Assembly: GCA_040954595.2 (NCBI GenBank)
Contig: CM082576.2
Span: 3,384,760-3,448,759 of the forward strand
DNA from: Balanoglossus misakiensis
Taxonomy: Eukaryota; Animalia; Hemichordata
Direction: 5' to 3'
DNA: 64,000 bases
The position numbers and the translations under genes are program-made. Shown here piece by piece: positions 1 through 12,400 of this stretch. Every line of letters starts with the position of its first letter. The stretch's first letter is position 1. Below the pieces are notes generated by a model. The model made no database searches. It was not told the DNA's origin and saw only the letters and a program-made list of their open reading frames with translations.

Positions 1-1529
1 AAGGATTAATCTCCGATGTCATATTTGACTTATATAAGCTTGGTATGAGTGGTAAAAAGTCTGAGTTATGTTATGAAGCTGTGTGAATCTTATGGGGGAT
101 TATATCTGTATCTGTCTGTGTGTCCATGTGGTGGGGTTCCCACAATGCTGTGCAAACCAAAAACCTGTATCAGCTGGGGTCACTGATAGGGCATTCAAGT
201 CACACTGCCCTGATTATCCCATGTGAATGGTGTACAGTTCCTCTGTGCTGTCAATTAGATTTTGATTGCAGTTGATGTTGTTTGCAAGTAGCTGCTGCTG
301 TTTTTTTGGCTAGGGATATAAATACCATTCAAACATGTCCCGGAATTTGGAAGAGTGGAAAAAAGCATTGTCTCCAGAAATGAGATAGTATTCTTTCAAA
401 GTGGTATTCCTATTTTGAATAAAAAAACATTGAGACCATCGTCCTTCCATCTTGTGCCATATTCATATTACATTTTGCCATCTTTCAACGCAGTACACTG
501 CTTATGCATTCTTGTAATTCTTCCAGACATACCTCACAGACAACCCTTCGCAGAGGTCACGTGTGTCTGGTGTAGTTTCCTCCAACATGTCGATAACATG
601 TGTGTATGTGTCTCATGTGATCTGGACACCAGCCATCTTACAACTTCCAGTTGGCAAAACGATAAACATCCCTGTGTCATACCCACTGTGATGTCTTCCA
701 TTTCGATTTGTGTTTATTGCTGAGAGAGATCTCATACCACCACTAGTAGTAATTCTGAACTCTTGTGGTCGAGTGATTGCTTTTCCAGTGTATGTACACT
801 GGAAAAAGCTGTCTGTAATTTCACAAGGGATCTGTATAGTGTCAGTCATTTGATTCGGCAAACGGAATGAAACCCAGAAACTTCCGACAGTGAGTAACCA
901 GAGGTCTTCAACATTCATAACTGCCATATTTCAGGGTTGAGAGTTTATTTTGACTGTGCATATTCCAGTGCTTATATAATGGCAACCAATTCGAAATATG
1001 AGACTCTGGTCGATGTACTTTTGCAAAGTTGGTTTTTGAGTTGTTGAAAGATATATCACCCAGTAAGTATAAAACAATAGCATGTTGACAGATTAATTTT
1101 TCCTCAATTATTAATGAAATTTAGTCATTAGACTACTTCTCAGTTCTAACTGAAGTCATGTGGGCAGAAGGAATACATTAATAATTGATAGCACCACTGA
1201 TCAGATTTTAATTATTGATTCAAGTGTCTAATTTTAAAGTGGCCGTAATTACCATATGGCTGCTAATTCCCAAATGTAAATGAAATTGTCAATTTCTATA
1301 TTGCAAACAGATCAGCAATAATTACATTGTTATTGTAAATGAATGGCATTGTTATTGTAAATGCAATCAGCGGCCTTGAACTTGATATTGAATGGACAAT
1401 CATTCTTGATTGCTTGATTGTTCCAAGAAGAATATAATAACAGATGTCAGGGGAAAAAATGGATGTCCCTGAACTCAACCGTTGAATGGCAGAATTGACA
1501 GTGGGTCTCTCCTTTTCATTTCCTGCCAG

Positions 1530-1916
1530 GTGTCTTCAGTGAACGCTAAGGCCATTCACTTTGCCACGGTGTACATGCGCTGTGTCAGGATCGCGTTGAC
1601 AGTCAACTGTGCCTGCGGCAAGCCCATTGATGCAGAGGATGTGTTGCCATGGAAATATTTTGATGGGAAACTGTTCCATGAGAAGTACATCGCCGCTCAA
1701 CAAGGCGCCAGTGATTCTTTCCTGTGTGATAGAATTGTAAGTGTCGATCGGTTCACTAAATTTGCACTAAAAATCTTCATTAATACATGTATATTATTTT
1801 ATCATGTGTTCTCAATTATCATCCAATTTCAGCCCAGAACAACCGAGCTATTCCACACGTTACAGCAGTTTGTTGTCGAAGGAACAAGACTGGAAAGTAG
1901 CGCTAGCAGCCAATGA
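1530..1916 (+). CDS. FAM120B-like protein, paralog 1: last two coding exons (1530-1736, 1833-1916); upstream exons not identified in the window
   Basis: Junctions are cag|GTG at 1530, ATT|gtaagt at 1736, ttcag|CCC at 1833, with TGA at 1914-1916. The peptide VSSVNAKAIHFATVYMRCVRIALTVNCACGKPIDAEDVLPWKYFDGKLFHEKY aligns with the FAM120 C-terminal motif (PWxxFDGKLFH) and with exon 12403-12624 of the downstream copy, with the same intron positions. Confidence 0.85.
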   Translation: MSSVNAKAIHFATVYMRCVRIALTVNCACGKPIDAEDVLPWKYFDGKLFHEKYIAAQQGASDSFLCDRIVSVDRFTKFALKIFINTCILFYHVFSIIIQFQPRTTELFHTLQQFVVEGTRLESSASSQ

Positions 1917-2552
1917 AACATGGCCAACCTGACAAGTCCAATTGCCAAGTTCAACTTCAGTATATCACTTTTCACATTCACAAGATGATCAGTCAGCAAG
2001 TCCTGTTTAGAGTCGAAAACTGGTTCATGAAGAAATGCAAAATACCTGAAATTGTTTGTCACAGTCATATATATTTTTTTCAAGCTGTGTGGCTGTTTTT
2101 AAAATTCCTATTCCAGCAGACATATGCTGTATATTTCCCTCTTTACATGTTGAGATTGACGGTAATCCCATACAACTGGTGTACGCTCAGGCTGTGCTTT
2201 TTGTGGTGGTGTAAATTTATGGTTGGAATTTTTTTGTAAAATTTATGGTGATCCCAATACCAACCATTGTGTCATAGGCACCGTTGCTATGCTATTAGAC
2301 CACTGTGTCAGAGGATGCCATGTGCATTTCATGAGGTTAAAAAATCTGTGGCTATACCTACACTGTCATTATTCTCATTCTATAACTTTTGACAACTAGA
2401 ATAGTGTTTTCTTGTGTGTGATTTGTCCAGTTTTCATGTATTTTTGGTTGGTTTCTTATGAGTACTATGAGTAGTTTAGAACCTCTGTAGAGGCAGTGAA
2501 GATGAGCATTTGACCCAAGTGATATTTACAGAATACAGGTATAAACATCTCT

Positions 2553-2578
2553 CCCCCCCCCCCCCCCCCCCCGCCCCC
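2553..2578. repeat. poly-C tract
   Basis: Run of about 20 C with one G interruption. Confidence 0.9.
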
Positions 2579-5500
2579 ATGTTCCAATGCTAGATCCTGT
2601 CACAGACCACTGACAATCATGGCCAACTGGGTAGCAACGATGTCACTTGCGCGACTCTTTCTTGCAGTCGTCACATTTTTTGCAAAATGTCCCGTCCTTG
2701 CTTTCCCTCACCCTTACCCTTGCATCTAAGCTACAGCCATCAATTTTCCAAACACCGACTCTTTCACCCAGTTTCCTATAAAAAAAACTGCGACAATAGA
2801 GTGGAAACAACTTGTGGCAGTGAAAAGGGTTGCCAGGGTTATCGCTGCTGTAAAAATGACCCCAACAACAGCCATAGCCCCAGGGGCTGACCTAGACAAG
2901 GACTTTTTCCCTGCTTCTCTTTTCCGCTACCAGCAGCTGGCCTGGGGGATATTATGGGGTCCTTTCAAGTACACTGCACAGACTTTATATACTCTCTTTA
3001 TGAACATAGAAACAGATTTTGTGATATATTACACAAATTGAAAAATAGTGCTTGTCTTGTGATATATTCTGTGACAATTTTGGTCTCTAAGTTCAAAGTT
3101 CCTCATGAAGTCTTCTAATTCATGGGCAATAGTCCGACTTCTTTTTGTATATGTACCCATTTCATTGTAGTAACACTTACTTTTTTAACTACCAAACTCA
3201 CAAAACTCGTAAATTAAAGTGTGAGAGTATTTTTTTAACATGAAGACTATTGTGTCACGTTTCTGTTGTAGCTTTCTGTTTTAGAGTGATATTTTTATTC
3301 TGGTGTGAAAATTATGATGCTGCAATTCCTCGGAAAGGTGACCACCAGTGTGTTCAACATTCACTGGTTATTCACCTTTGCATTTGCCCGACATAAAAGA
3401 GACACCCTTGAAGAACTTCAACTTCTGTCGTCTGACCTCAGAGTTAGACAGATTGGCGCTCCACCCATCCGACTCTCATTGCACAAGACAAGCCTCCGTC
3501 GCACGTGGGTGATTTTTATAGACTGACTACTCGATGTGACCTTGTACTTGGTCATTAATGACTCTTCCATTATGAACTCCTGTTATGAATTCCGTTGTTC
3601 CCCCAACAATAACAGAGGAAACGATGTATTGGCTAATGTGTTGGTCTAGATAGAACCCTCTCCCAGAAAATGGAGTCTGTGAAGTGTGCATAAATTGGTG
3701 GTGTATGTATGTATGACTTGGTTCGTGTTCTTGCATTGTGTGTGGCTAACTCTCGCTGTCGTGAATGTCATTCATGTGTTGGCTGTATATTCAAAGAAGA
3801 GAAAAGTTCTGGATGGAACTGTCATTTTTCCTTTGCAGCTGTCTCTGTCACACACGGACGTCTGTAGATGTAGACGCTTTTTGCTCTTGTGAACGCTTCC
3901 CCTCGCTGAAAGATTGTAAAAGAAAATGTTGGAAATCTGCAAGTTCATTCACAAAATGTTTTGCACGCCCTGGAGTCTGTTGCTGTAGCCGAGATGAAAG
4001 AACACTTGTCCTTCCGTTGTTAGTCCCTTTTCCTGGACCAGTTCTGTGCCATTGTGTCGAGACAGCGGTGAATTTTGTGGCTCCATATAGTGTAGAAAAC
4101 TTCAGCCCTGAATTTATAGAGTTTTTTTTGTTTATAAAACTTTTAAATCCAAAGGGTATGTTGGTGCATTACATATATGATATGCTACCATTTTGATATA
4201 AAGTGATGATTATTAACAGGGGGCGATGTTGTCTGAATCCGTGAAAGTGACTCAAAGAGTTCGAAATGTCAAAGTAACCAAATGATGGGTACGGTTGTTT
4301 CATCCAGGATTTAATATGTGACCCTGGTAACGTTGACATAGTGTGCTGCAAGGTTCGTAAGAGAGGTGAAAATGAGTTCGGAGCAGTATCGTTGGATAAG
4401 AAAAGACCACGCAGAATACATGTAACTGTCCGCATTAGAGCATGTCCGACATACGCTGTCACAGCAGAGAATGCTCTGACGCACATGCGGGCGGAAAGCC
4501 AGTCATTCAGAACAGTATATTGGGGTTATGATCGGTCAAATTTACGGTACAGTATTCCATCTGGATTCAAGAATATTTCATGCTTTATCTGAACAGTGCT
4601 GCATGCTTTTGCCGGAAAAAAATACAATTGCATGTGCCACCGCACCAAAAGTCGAGAGCTGATCATCCAACACAAACAGGTGGTCATTCCAACCAACCAA
4701 AGAGCCAACATTCAGTTATTTGATGAACTTTGGCAACAGTAAGCCAAAAAGTACGTGGATGTAAGTTTTCACGATGAACATCCCCTGTATCGGAAAGTGT
4801 GTTATCATTTATCTCATGCTACTCCATCGAAATCACTTTCAAGTCTTTGGCGGGAAATTCAGAAAGGACAAAGTAGATTTATAGTCTTGTTCGTGGCGAG
4901 GGTGACGACACTTAACAAAAACGTCCGCCAGCATTCATGTCCTTGGGGATCTGGCACGTGTCATCCTTTTGGTCAGCGGATGCCATCATGGGTTGATTAT
5001 ACAAAACCGAAACAAATACTTTGCCTGTACAGTTATTTCATTAGCATTTTAAAACAACGGATTGAATGAAATTCTTTATAAACCACTGAACAAAAATGCT
5101 TCTTGTCCAAAAAAGGGCGTCCACCCCTCTCCGACCCCGACAAAGACATTCGACACATCCAGCTCACGGCAAATAAACAAGGTTGCTGGGGAAATTTATA
5201 CATTTGTTAAAAATTTTGCACGGCCAACAAGGTCTAGGGCGCGAGACTCTGGTTCCCTTTCATTCCTTTTCAATGCAAGTTGACATGAGCGATCTGACAT
5301 TCTGTAGTAATGGCAAACTGGCGCCTTCATCTTGTAGGTAAACCCTATCTATCTTTGTCTTTCTTTATCTTTTTTTCACTCTATTGTTGCATGATCCAGA
5401 CTTTTGAATTGCTTTCTTGACGTTGTTGGCGAGTTTCATTATTCGTTTCCCCAACCCCAATTCAATTAGTTGACGCTGACCAATTAAAGTCGTTCGTCAT

Positions 5501-8500
5501 TAGCAAGCGGTGAACAATACCAGGTCTTCGGCTGAAGTTGGTATTGGTTTCGTCTTGACCGGTTATAACCGCTTGGTCGTGTCCGATAATTTTGTCCATT
5601 TTAAAACACACACACATCGCCATCTTCAAATGCTTTAAGTCGGCGGCGTTTTAATCTCTACCAACCAACCAACATGAATACGGTTTAATAAGAATACAAA
5701 AACTAGGTTCGCTTATTTAATTATTATCGTTATATTATGAGTTTTCGGCAAAGTATTGGTCCTGTTTTAAATCTTTCCTTTACTTTTGTCTTCGTTGAAT
5801 TCGGCGAATCTGGTTAAAAGATTTGCATGTTCAATCGAATAATTACTGTGTCGCGCGAGGCATCTTTTGTTGGAGATAACGATTGTTTGCGAATTGCTTA
5901 AAAGACTCCGTCACAATTCAAAGGCACGTGCACACACCATGCGTAATTATTGCCAAACCCTTTGTTTCAACGGCAATTTCATTGCGCTCTGGTCGTCGCC
6001 AGATACATGGAATGATAAGGGGGGGGGGGCGATCACGATACGATGAAATTCATACAAATCAACCATGAAATATCGGTTAATGATAGTTAGACGAAGGATC
6101 GAACGAACGATAATTACGTAGTGCTGAGTGCATTGCTCATGTGCTGTTGCGATCTCCGATACAAGAGATGTGGGCGATTGATAGATCCGATCCTTCCTTG
6201 GAATACGGAAACAAAAGCAACGAAACAGACTGACATACTGTGGACATAAAGATTTGATAACAATCGGGCTGGACACCTGCTCTCCAGTGGGCTCAACTTT
6301 CCACGTACTGAGATGAGATAACGACTGTGTTCTATTACAATACGAGCCGCAAAGAAGATTACGCACTTTTTTTACGTAACCAGTCGACCAAGCGTGCCAA
6401 CTGTGCGTTGACATTGTGTGGTTTCGCCATTTCACTGAGAAGCATGGCGTTGTAGCAAAGACCGCTTCATACACACATGCAGCCCCCTTTTCAGACACTT
6501 CAACGATGTAGACAGATATAAACGAAAGATTGATAACAAGTTTGACCCAAGCCCCAGACAGCAAATTTATTCTCCCGTTACTTTATTCAGAGTCCCACCT
6601 GTGTTTGTGCTAACCATGTCAAAGGCTTGAAAATAATGAAACTTTGAAAACAACGAAATTTTCTCAATTATTGAAACAACGCAAATTCAGCTTATTACAG
6701 AACTCCCACAGCATCCAAATTTCACAACTTGAATGAACTCACCAGTTTAATTGTTGTTTTATCTGGCGCACTAAAAATATAGTTTTCGTATTAATTACTT
6801 CCAGTTTTATATAAATTCCTTTAATAACTTTTCCTATTATCACCTTAACCATTTCTAAAGTTGTCTGACAATTTAAATAACACCCGATCTGTACAAATCA
6901 ATGTGTATTTGCCGAAAGTCTGGTTTAAATTTTAAAAATGGTCTAATTTATATTTGCGGAACCATGCCGCCTTTCTGTGCCACGTGACCAAAACAAAGAA
7001 GCCACGCTCCCCATTTGTTAGGTTGGCCGCCAAACCCTAATTATCGGTCATTTAAAGGGATTTATTGCGTTCCATAATCTCTTGTCTCGTCATTATAGGT
7101 CTTGTTATGACAGTGCAGTGGTCACTGACATCTGCCTTGTATGGCGTTGATGGGTGTCATGATTTCAGTGTATGCATAGACGTAAGAGGAGGGGAGGGGT
7201 GGGGTAGGGGTGGGGGCTAAGATACACTGGTCGAACTTGCCCTCCATTGTTGCTGCTGACTAGGGGGAAAATGCCCATATGTCATAAAACAAAAGTTTTT
7301 TTGTTCCGCCGGTAGCATTTTTCAAAACTACCAAGACAATAATTTCGCCAACGATGATTGGTTCTGAGATCCAAACACACCGACAGAACCGGAAATCACT
7401 TGTCAAAGGGGGGATGGAAAGGAGAACAAAAGAGGAAATATCGATCGTCGATTTTAGACAAAAGCACATAAACTTGACAATGAATATGTAGCAGACTGCG
7501 TGACATTGATCAAGTTCAGAGCAGCTTTAAAGAGGATTTTGTAAAAGTCGATTTTATCGATCGACCACAGAATAGAAATCACAGCACAAAAACAAGCGCA
7601 CATCTGGAAGTTACCAACTCAGGCTCTTCAAAACAACTTTTTTTCTTGTTCCTTTATTTAATTTTCATTTTCCTAATAAAAAATCTCTAACTATTTGGTT
7701 TGAACCTGATACTTTTCATTAACACGGAAGTCAATCTGCTGAAGACGAGGTAATAGTGATAGCTACTGAGACGAGGCCAATAGACATGCGATACTTTTTG
7801 ATGATGTATTTTCTGACAATGGACGGTAATTTGTTTTGGGTGAAAGTACCCTTTTAAAGAGGGGATTGTCAAGAAGTAATCCGCCGGTATATTGACCATC
7901 TGGAAATTACAATCGAAACTTTTCTTTTAAGCTTGGTTTTCTTTTAAGTTCGATTTTAATGAAAGATTTTTTGTCACAATATCTTATTTTTATACGGTTC
8001 AGTTTTGTTGGTGTGACGTTGTGTTGTGGATGTTTGTGCATTTGACATTGAATCGGGTTTTGCTGTTTACGCACCGTGTAAGTCTAGGCTTATGCCATTG
8101 CATTTTGTTATTGCAGGTGAGCACCGTGACAGAATACAATGTCATGATGAATTTGATAGCTTTTTAGCGGTACAACGGACATCGCAGTAAAAATATTAGT
8201 ACACGTATCCGCAAATGGACTACAAGTAGTAATCAAACTAAAAGCGCGACTGTGATGTTTGTGTGTCTGGTGCCCATGTAACTCCCTTGGTGGCGCTGTC
8301 ACACAAAAACACTTATCCACTTTACAAAGAAAACACGCGTACGGGTCGACATTTGACAACAGTCGCAGGTGCACGTGTGTATTACAGTATTTTTCGGAGA
8401 GGTTACCGTGGACATGATCCATGATGCAGCATGTGACCTCAAGGTGGCGCTATTTAAACGTAGCAAGGAAAGCATGGATTTACATACACCAAGTGCACCA

Positions 8501-8856
8501 AGAAACAATAATGTTGCACTTGTTGACATTTCGACCAGCAAACTTCCAGATTGAATAAAGTAAAATATTACCTATGTGATAGGCCACATGTGCCTCTTTA
8601 TTGTAGACATACATGTAATATATATGGGGGCCACACACACACCATTTATAAGACGGTCCTGAAGCGTCTCAGATCAGATCAGTTTATTTTGGCATGCAAA
8701 CCTTGGCTTATAGCCTATTTAGTCAAGTAGAACAAATCTTTGCTAAAGTAGTGTCAACTGATGGTAACGATGTCCTATTATGCTGACTGGGTTTATCTAT
8801 TTATTTTATGAACTCCGTTTCACTTGAATTATGCTATTAATGGTTCAAAGTTAGTT

Positions 8857-8981
8857 TGCGCATGCGTTTCAAAGCGACATTTAACCCGGAAGTAGATTTG
8901 TCGCCTAACATAACATGATGGAGAGGAGATAACTTTTCTGCGTAAAGAAATCCAAGAGTACTTAAGCCCCAACGATAAAAA
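8857..8981 (+). promoter_or_regulatory. Probable promoter and non-coding first exon of FAM120B-like gene 2
   Basis: NRF1-like TGCGCATGCG (8857-8866) and ETS/GABPA CCGGAAGT (8886-8893) precede a donor-like AA|gtaagc near 8981. An acceptor acag| at 9462 lies just before the good-Kozak CCACCATGG at 9471. Confidence 0.55.
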
Positions 8982-9206
8982 GTAAGCCCTTCTAGCATGT
9001 CAATATTTGAATCTACAGGGAATGTTTTTTGGTTTAAAATAATGCTTCTTTTGAGTTTGAGGTAGTAAACTAGTAATTAGTATGACTGACATGACAGTGT
9101 TGTTCATCACATTGTATGTTCTCTCAGGTACGTACATATATAAACATAACATAGATATACTAGTATTCTGAAGGACGAATAATTGCCCTGGAAATATACT
9201 TGGTAA

Positions 9207-9386
9207 GGGGAGAACCATTTGATTCCGTGGGTGGGGGTGGATGGTGGATTTGTTGGCAGATGGTGCGGAGGGGAAAGCGTGCTTCTGTATGCCTCGAGGG
9301 AAAAGGTGGCCTGGTAACAGTGGCTGGAAAAAAATTGCTGACAAACCTAAATCCTTCACCCTCCCAGAAATCAAATGGTTCACCCC
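9207..9386. mobile_element. MITE, PIF/Harbinger (Tourist)-like
   Basis: Terminal inverted repeats GGGGAGAACCATTTGATT...AATCAAATGGTTCACCCC, flanked by TAA on both sides (9204-9206, 9387-9389). Related copies occur at 20650, 23887-24186 and about 24533. Confidence 0.75.
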
Positions 9387-9470
9387 TAAATTGGTAAGTC
9401 TGCATGTGTACATGATCTGACCACCCCCCCCCCTTATTTCTTTCCTACTTGTATACATACAGCATCCACC

Positions 9471-12400
9471 ATGGGAGTGAAGGGTCTGCATGTATACATT
9501 GAGAATCACTGCCCCAAGTCATGTACACCCAGAGTGAATATCACTGACTTATGCAGGCAGTACAGACACAGAAGTGGCGGGGGAAGACCAATCCTAGTTT
9601 TCGATGGACTCTCCATGCTGCGCAAACTCTACAACCCACGCATGTCGTGGGTCCACGGTGGCCAGTGGAGAGAGTACTATGAGATTCTGAGGGACCTGGT
9701 CGAGAGATTGACCAGGTGCGGGTTCAGGTTGGTCTTCATCTTCGATGGCGTTGTGGCCAAGTCCAAGAGACATGTGTGGGTGGACCGAACAAAGGAAAGG
9801 TGTCGGATTGTAAGGAAGATGTTCAAGTCGATTGAAGAGCACGGCACGGAGCCCAGATCCAGCATGTTCGTTCTTCCGCCGGCGCTGGGAGCGTTCACGC
9901 GCCTTGCTCTAAAGAGCCTCGGTGTGACGGTCATCAACTCCATAGTGGAGGCAGACTTGGAAATTGCAGAGTACTGCAAGAGGAACGAATGCTTCGGCAT
10001 TGTGGGCATTGATACCGATCTGCTCATCTTCAACGTGGCCAACGTCTTTGACGTCCACAGTTTCGATCTCAAGAAAAAACTAAGCGCAGCGGTGTTTGAT
10101 GTATCCCGAATATGCAAACACCTGGGGATATCCCCTGTAAACTTGCCGTTGTTGGCGTGCCTTCTCGGCAATGACATCATTCCGCAGGCTTCTTTGCACA
10201 GTTTCCATCGCCGGATACTGAAGTTGGCAGACCAGGACAAGGTACCCGGCTACGAAACACTGATCCCAAGAGTTTGCAAGTACATCTCGTCTCTGGGAAT
10301 CAAGCAGTTGACTCGAGAAGCGGTGGCGTGGGTGCAGCGGGATGTGTTTCCCAACAATCCCACGTACAGCCTCTTTGAGAAAGTCGTAAGGATGTACCAG
10401 CTTGATGGTGATGTGGCCAGCTTGGTGGCACCCATAAACAGCCCGGCTGATGTACCAGAACAAGTCAGAGCAGGGAAATGCAATGGAGAAAAGACTGGTG
10501 TAAAACCTGCTGTGCAGAAAGGGGAAACCCGTGTGCACAAACCACCCCTCAGTGCAGAAATCTGCGAACTCGCACGACAGAGACACGTGAACATTGACAA
10601 CAACGCAATCATTTACCGTATCTTGATTGATGGGGAACTGGATTCTGGAGTGTCGGCACAAGATTTCGCCAGCGAAGATCTCCCACAGGCATCTGTGATC
10701 TTGAAGCCAACACGCCAAAAAATGTACGGGCTCTTGTACAACATTGAAGTTCAGCTGAAAGAGGAAACAGAAGAAGAGGAAAAAGAACAAGAGGAGAGAA
10801 GACGCAGGGAGAATGAGCAAAAAATACATCAGGAGAATGAGCAGAAACCAGCAAGTGTTACGACTGACAGAGATAATGATGGTGCTGATAACAAGGAACT
10901 TGAAGGAGAGTTGGTCCACAAGATGACAACTCTGCAGGTTTCAAGTGATGACTACAGTGACATGCCACCTCTGTATGTCGGAGACGGCAATTATCCGGAA
11001 CAAAACATGGAATCTACGGACATTGGCTCTGACAGTTTACGGCAAAGTTCATCCGACAGCTGCAGTCAGCAGGAGCCAGTCGGAAAACAGCCTTCGTTCC
11101 AAGAGCAGCAGTGTGAATGGCTGTGGCAACAACAGCAGCAGCAGCGACAGACACCCCAGATGCAGCAGTTCAGTGACAGACAGCAAGAGCAGGAACAGCA
11201 GCGCTCCCCGCAGTCCTGGAACCAGACGAGCAACAACAGTAACCAGGACCACGGTCAGCAGGTGTCACCCGTTCAACAAAGGCAGCACTACCTGAGAGAA
11301 CAGCAGAGGCAGTTGCTCGAACAGCCGCAGGGGAACCAACAGTGTAGTCATCATCAGCAGCAGCAACAGCACCAACAGTACAATCAGCAATATCAACAAA
11401 GTCAACATCAACGACAACAGCAGCAAAGGCATTATCATCATCATCATCAACATCACCATCGAAAACAACACCAACACCAACAACAGCATCAACAAAAACA
11501 GCATCAACAATATCAACAACAACAAAATCAGAATCACCAACACAGCCAACAGGCAGCACAGCATCTACAACAGACCGGCCAGCAACTTCTCCCAAAGAGC
11601 CGGCAAAGAAACAGGAAAAGGCAAAAGAATCTGGCAACACAGCAGCAGGTAGCACAGCAGAAACAGACGCTGCAAGACGTGCAGCAGCCGCAGAAAGAAG
11701 AAGTCTCTGCAGAACCGGCAGAACCGGAAGAACAAACGAAAATATTCCCTGGAAAAAATGCCGTGCGAGAATGGTGTAATTATTCAGATTTCAAGTCCAG
11801 AAGAGAACCAGAGGTGGTGGAAGCTCTGCCTCTCAATTTATCTGGTAAGTCAGTGTGCATTTTATTTCTAATGGTAAAGTTGGATCTCTATACAGGGATC
11901 TAGGGGTCAAATACAAAGGGTTATATGCATTCACAACTCTTGTTTCACAATGTCAGGTGGTACTCCAACCCTGGAAGAGCTCTGGCTGAGCAAAGATCCA
12001 GAAATGGACGAGTCGCGTCTTCAGGCGTTCCTCGCGTGTTGGAATTGCCAGATTTCCATGGAGACGCTGAGAGGTCTTCCGAGTCACTTCCAGATCTTCA
12101 GTGTAGTGTTACACTATCTGATCCAGTGGGAATCTCGGGAGATCCTGGAAGAATGGGAGGTGGAGGCCTTCATTGCACAGGCTGTGTCTCCCCTCTGCAG
12201 GGATATCCGTTACTTAAAAAGTCTCAAGGTAACTATTTAAATGATAACAATTGTACATTTTCAGTCATAAACTGTGTGTTTGAGGCTGCTTTGGAAAAGT
12301 TCATTTTTGGCATGAAAACCAGTGCTTCCAATCTCACCAACAGAAAATTTAAGAAGTAAACAGTACTCCACTCTTAACATTTTGTTTTTGTTGTCATTTC

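Noticed and set aside
4203-4236. GTGATGA...CTGA resembling box C/D snoRNA motifs (also near 42536)
   Set aside because: The spacing is too short, there is no terminal stem or rRNA-complementary guide, and it is not in an identified intron.
5947-6564. 205-aa minus-strand ORF
   Set aside because: It has a non-ATG start, no recognisable domain, no splice context, and a composition typical of a random ORF.
9594-11655. Several long antisense or alternative-frame ORFs (279 aa, 187 aa, 161 aa, poly-Leu/Val)
   Set aside because: These are shadows of the FAM120B coding exon and its CAG/CAA repeats.
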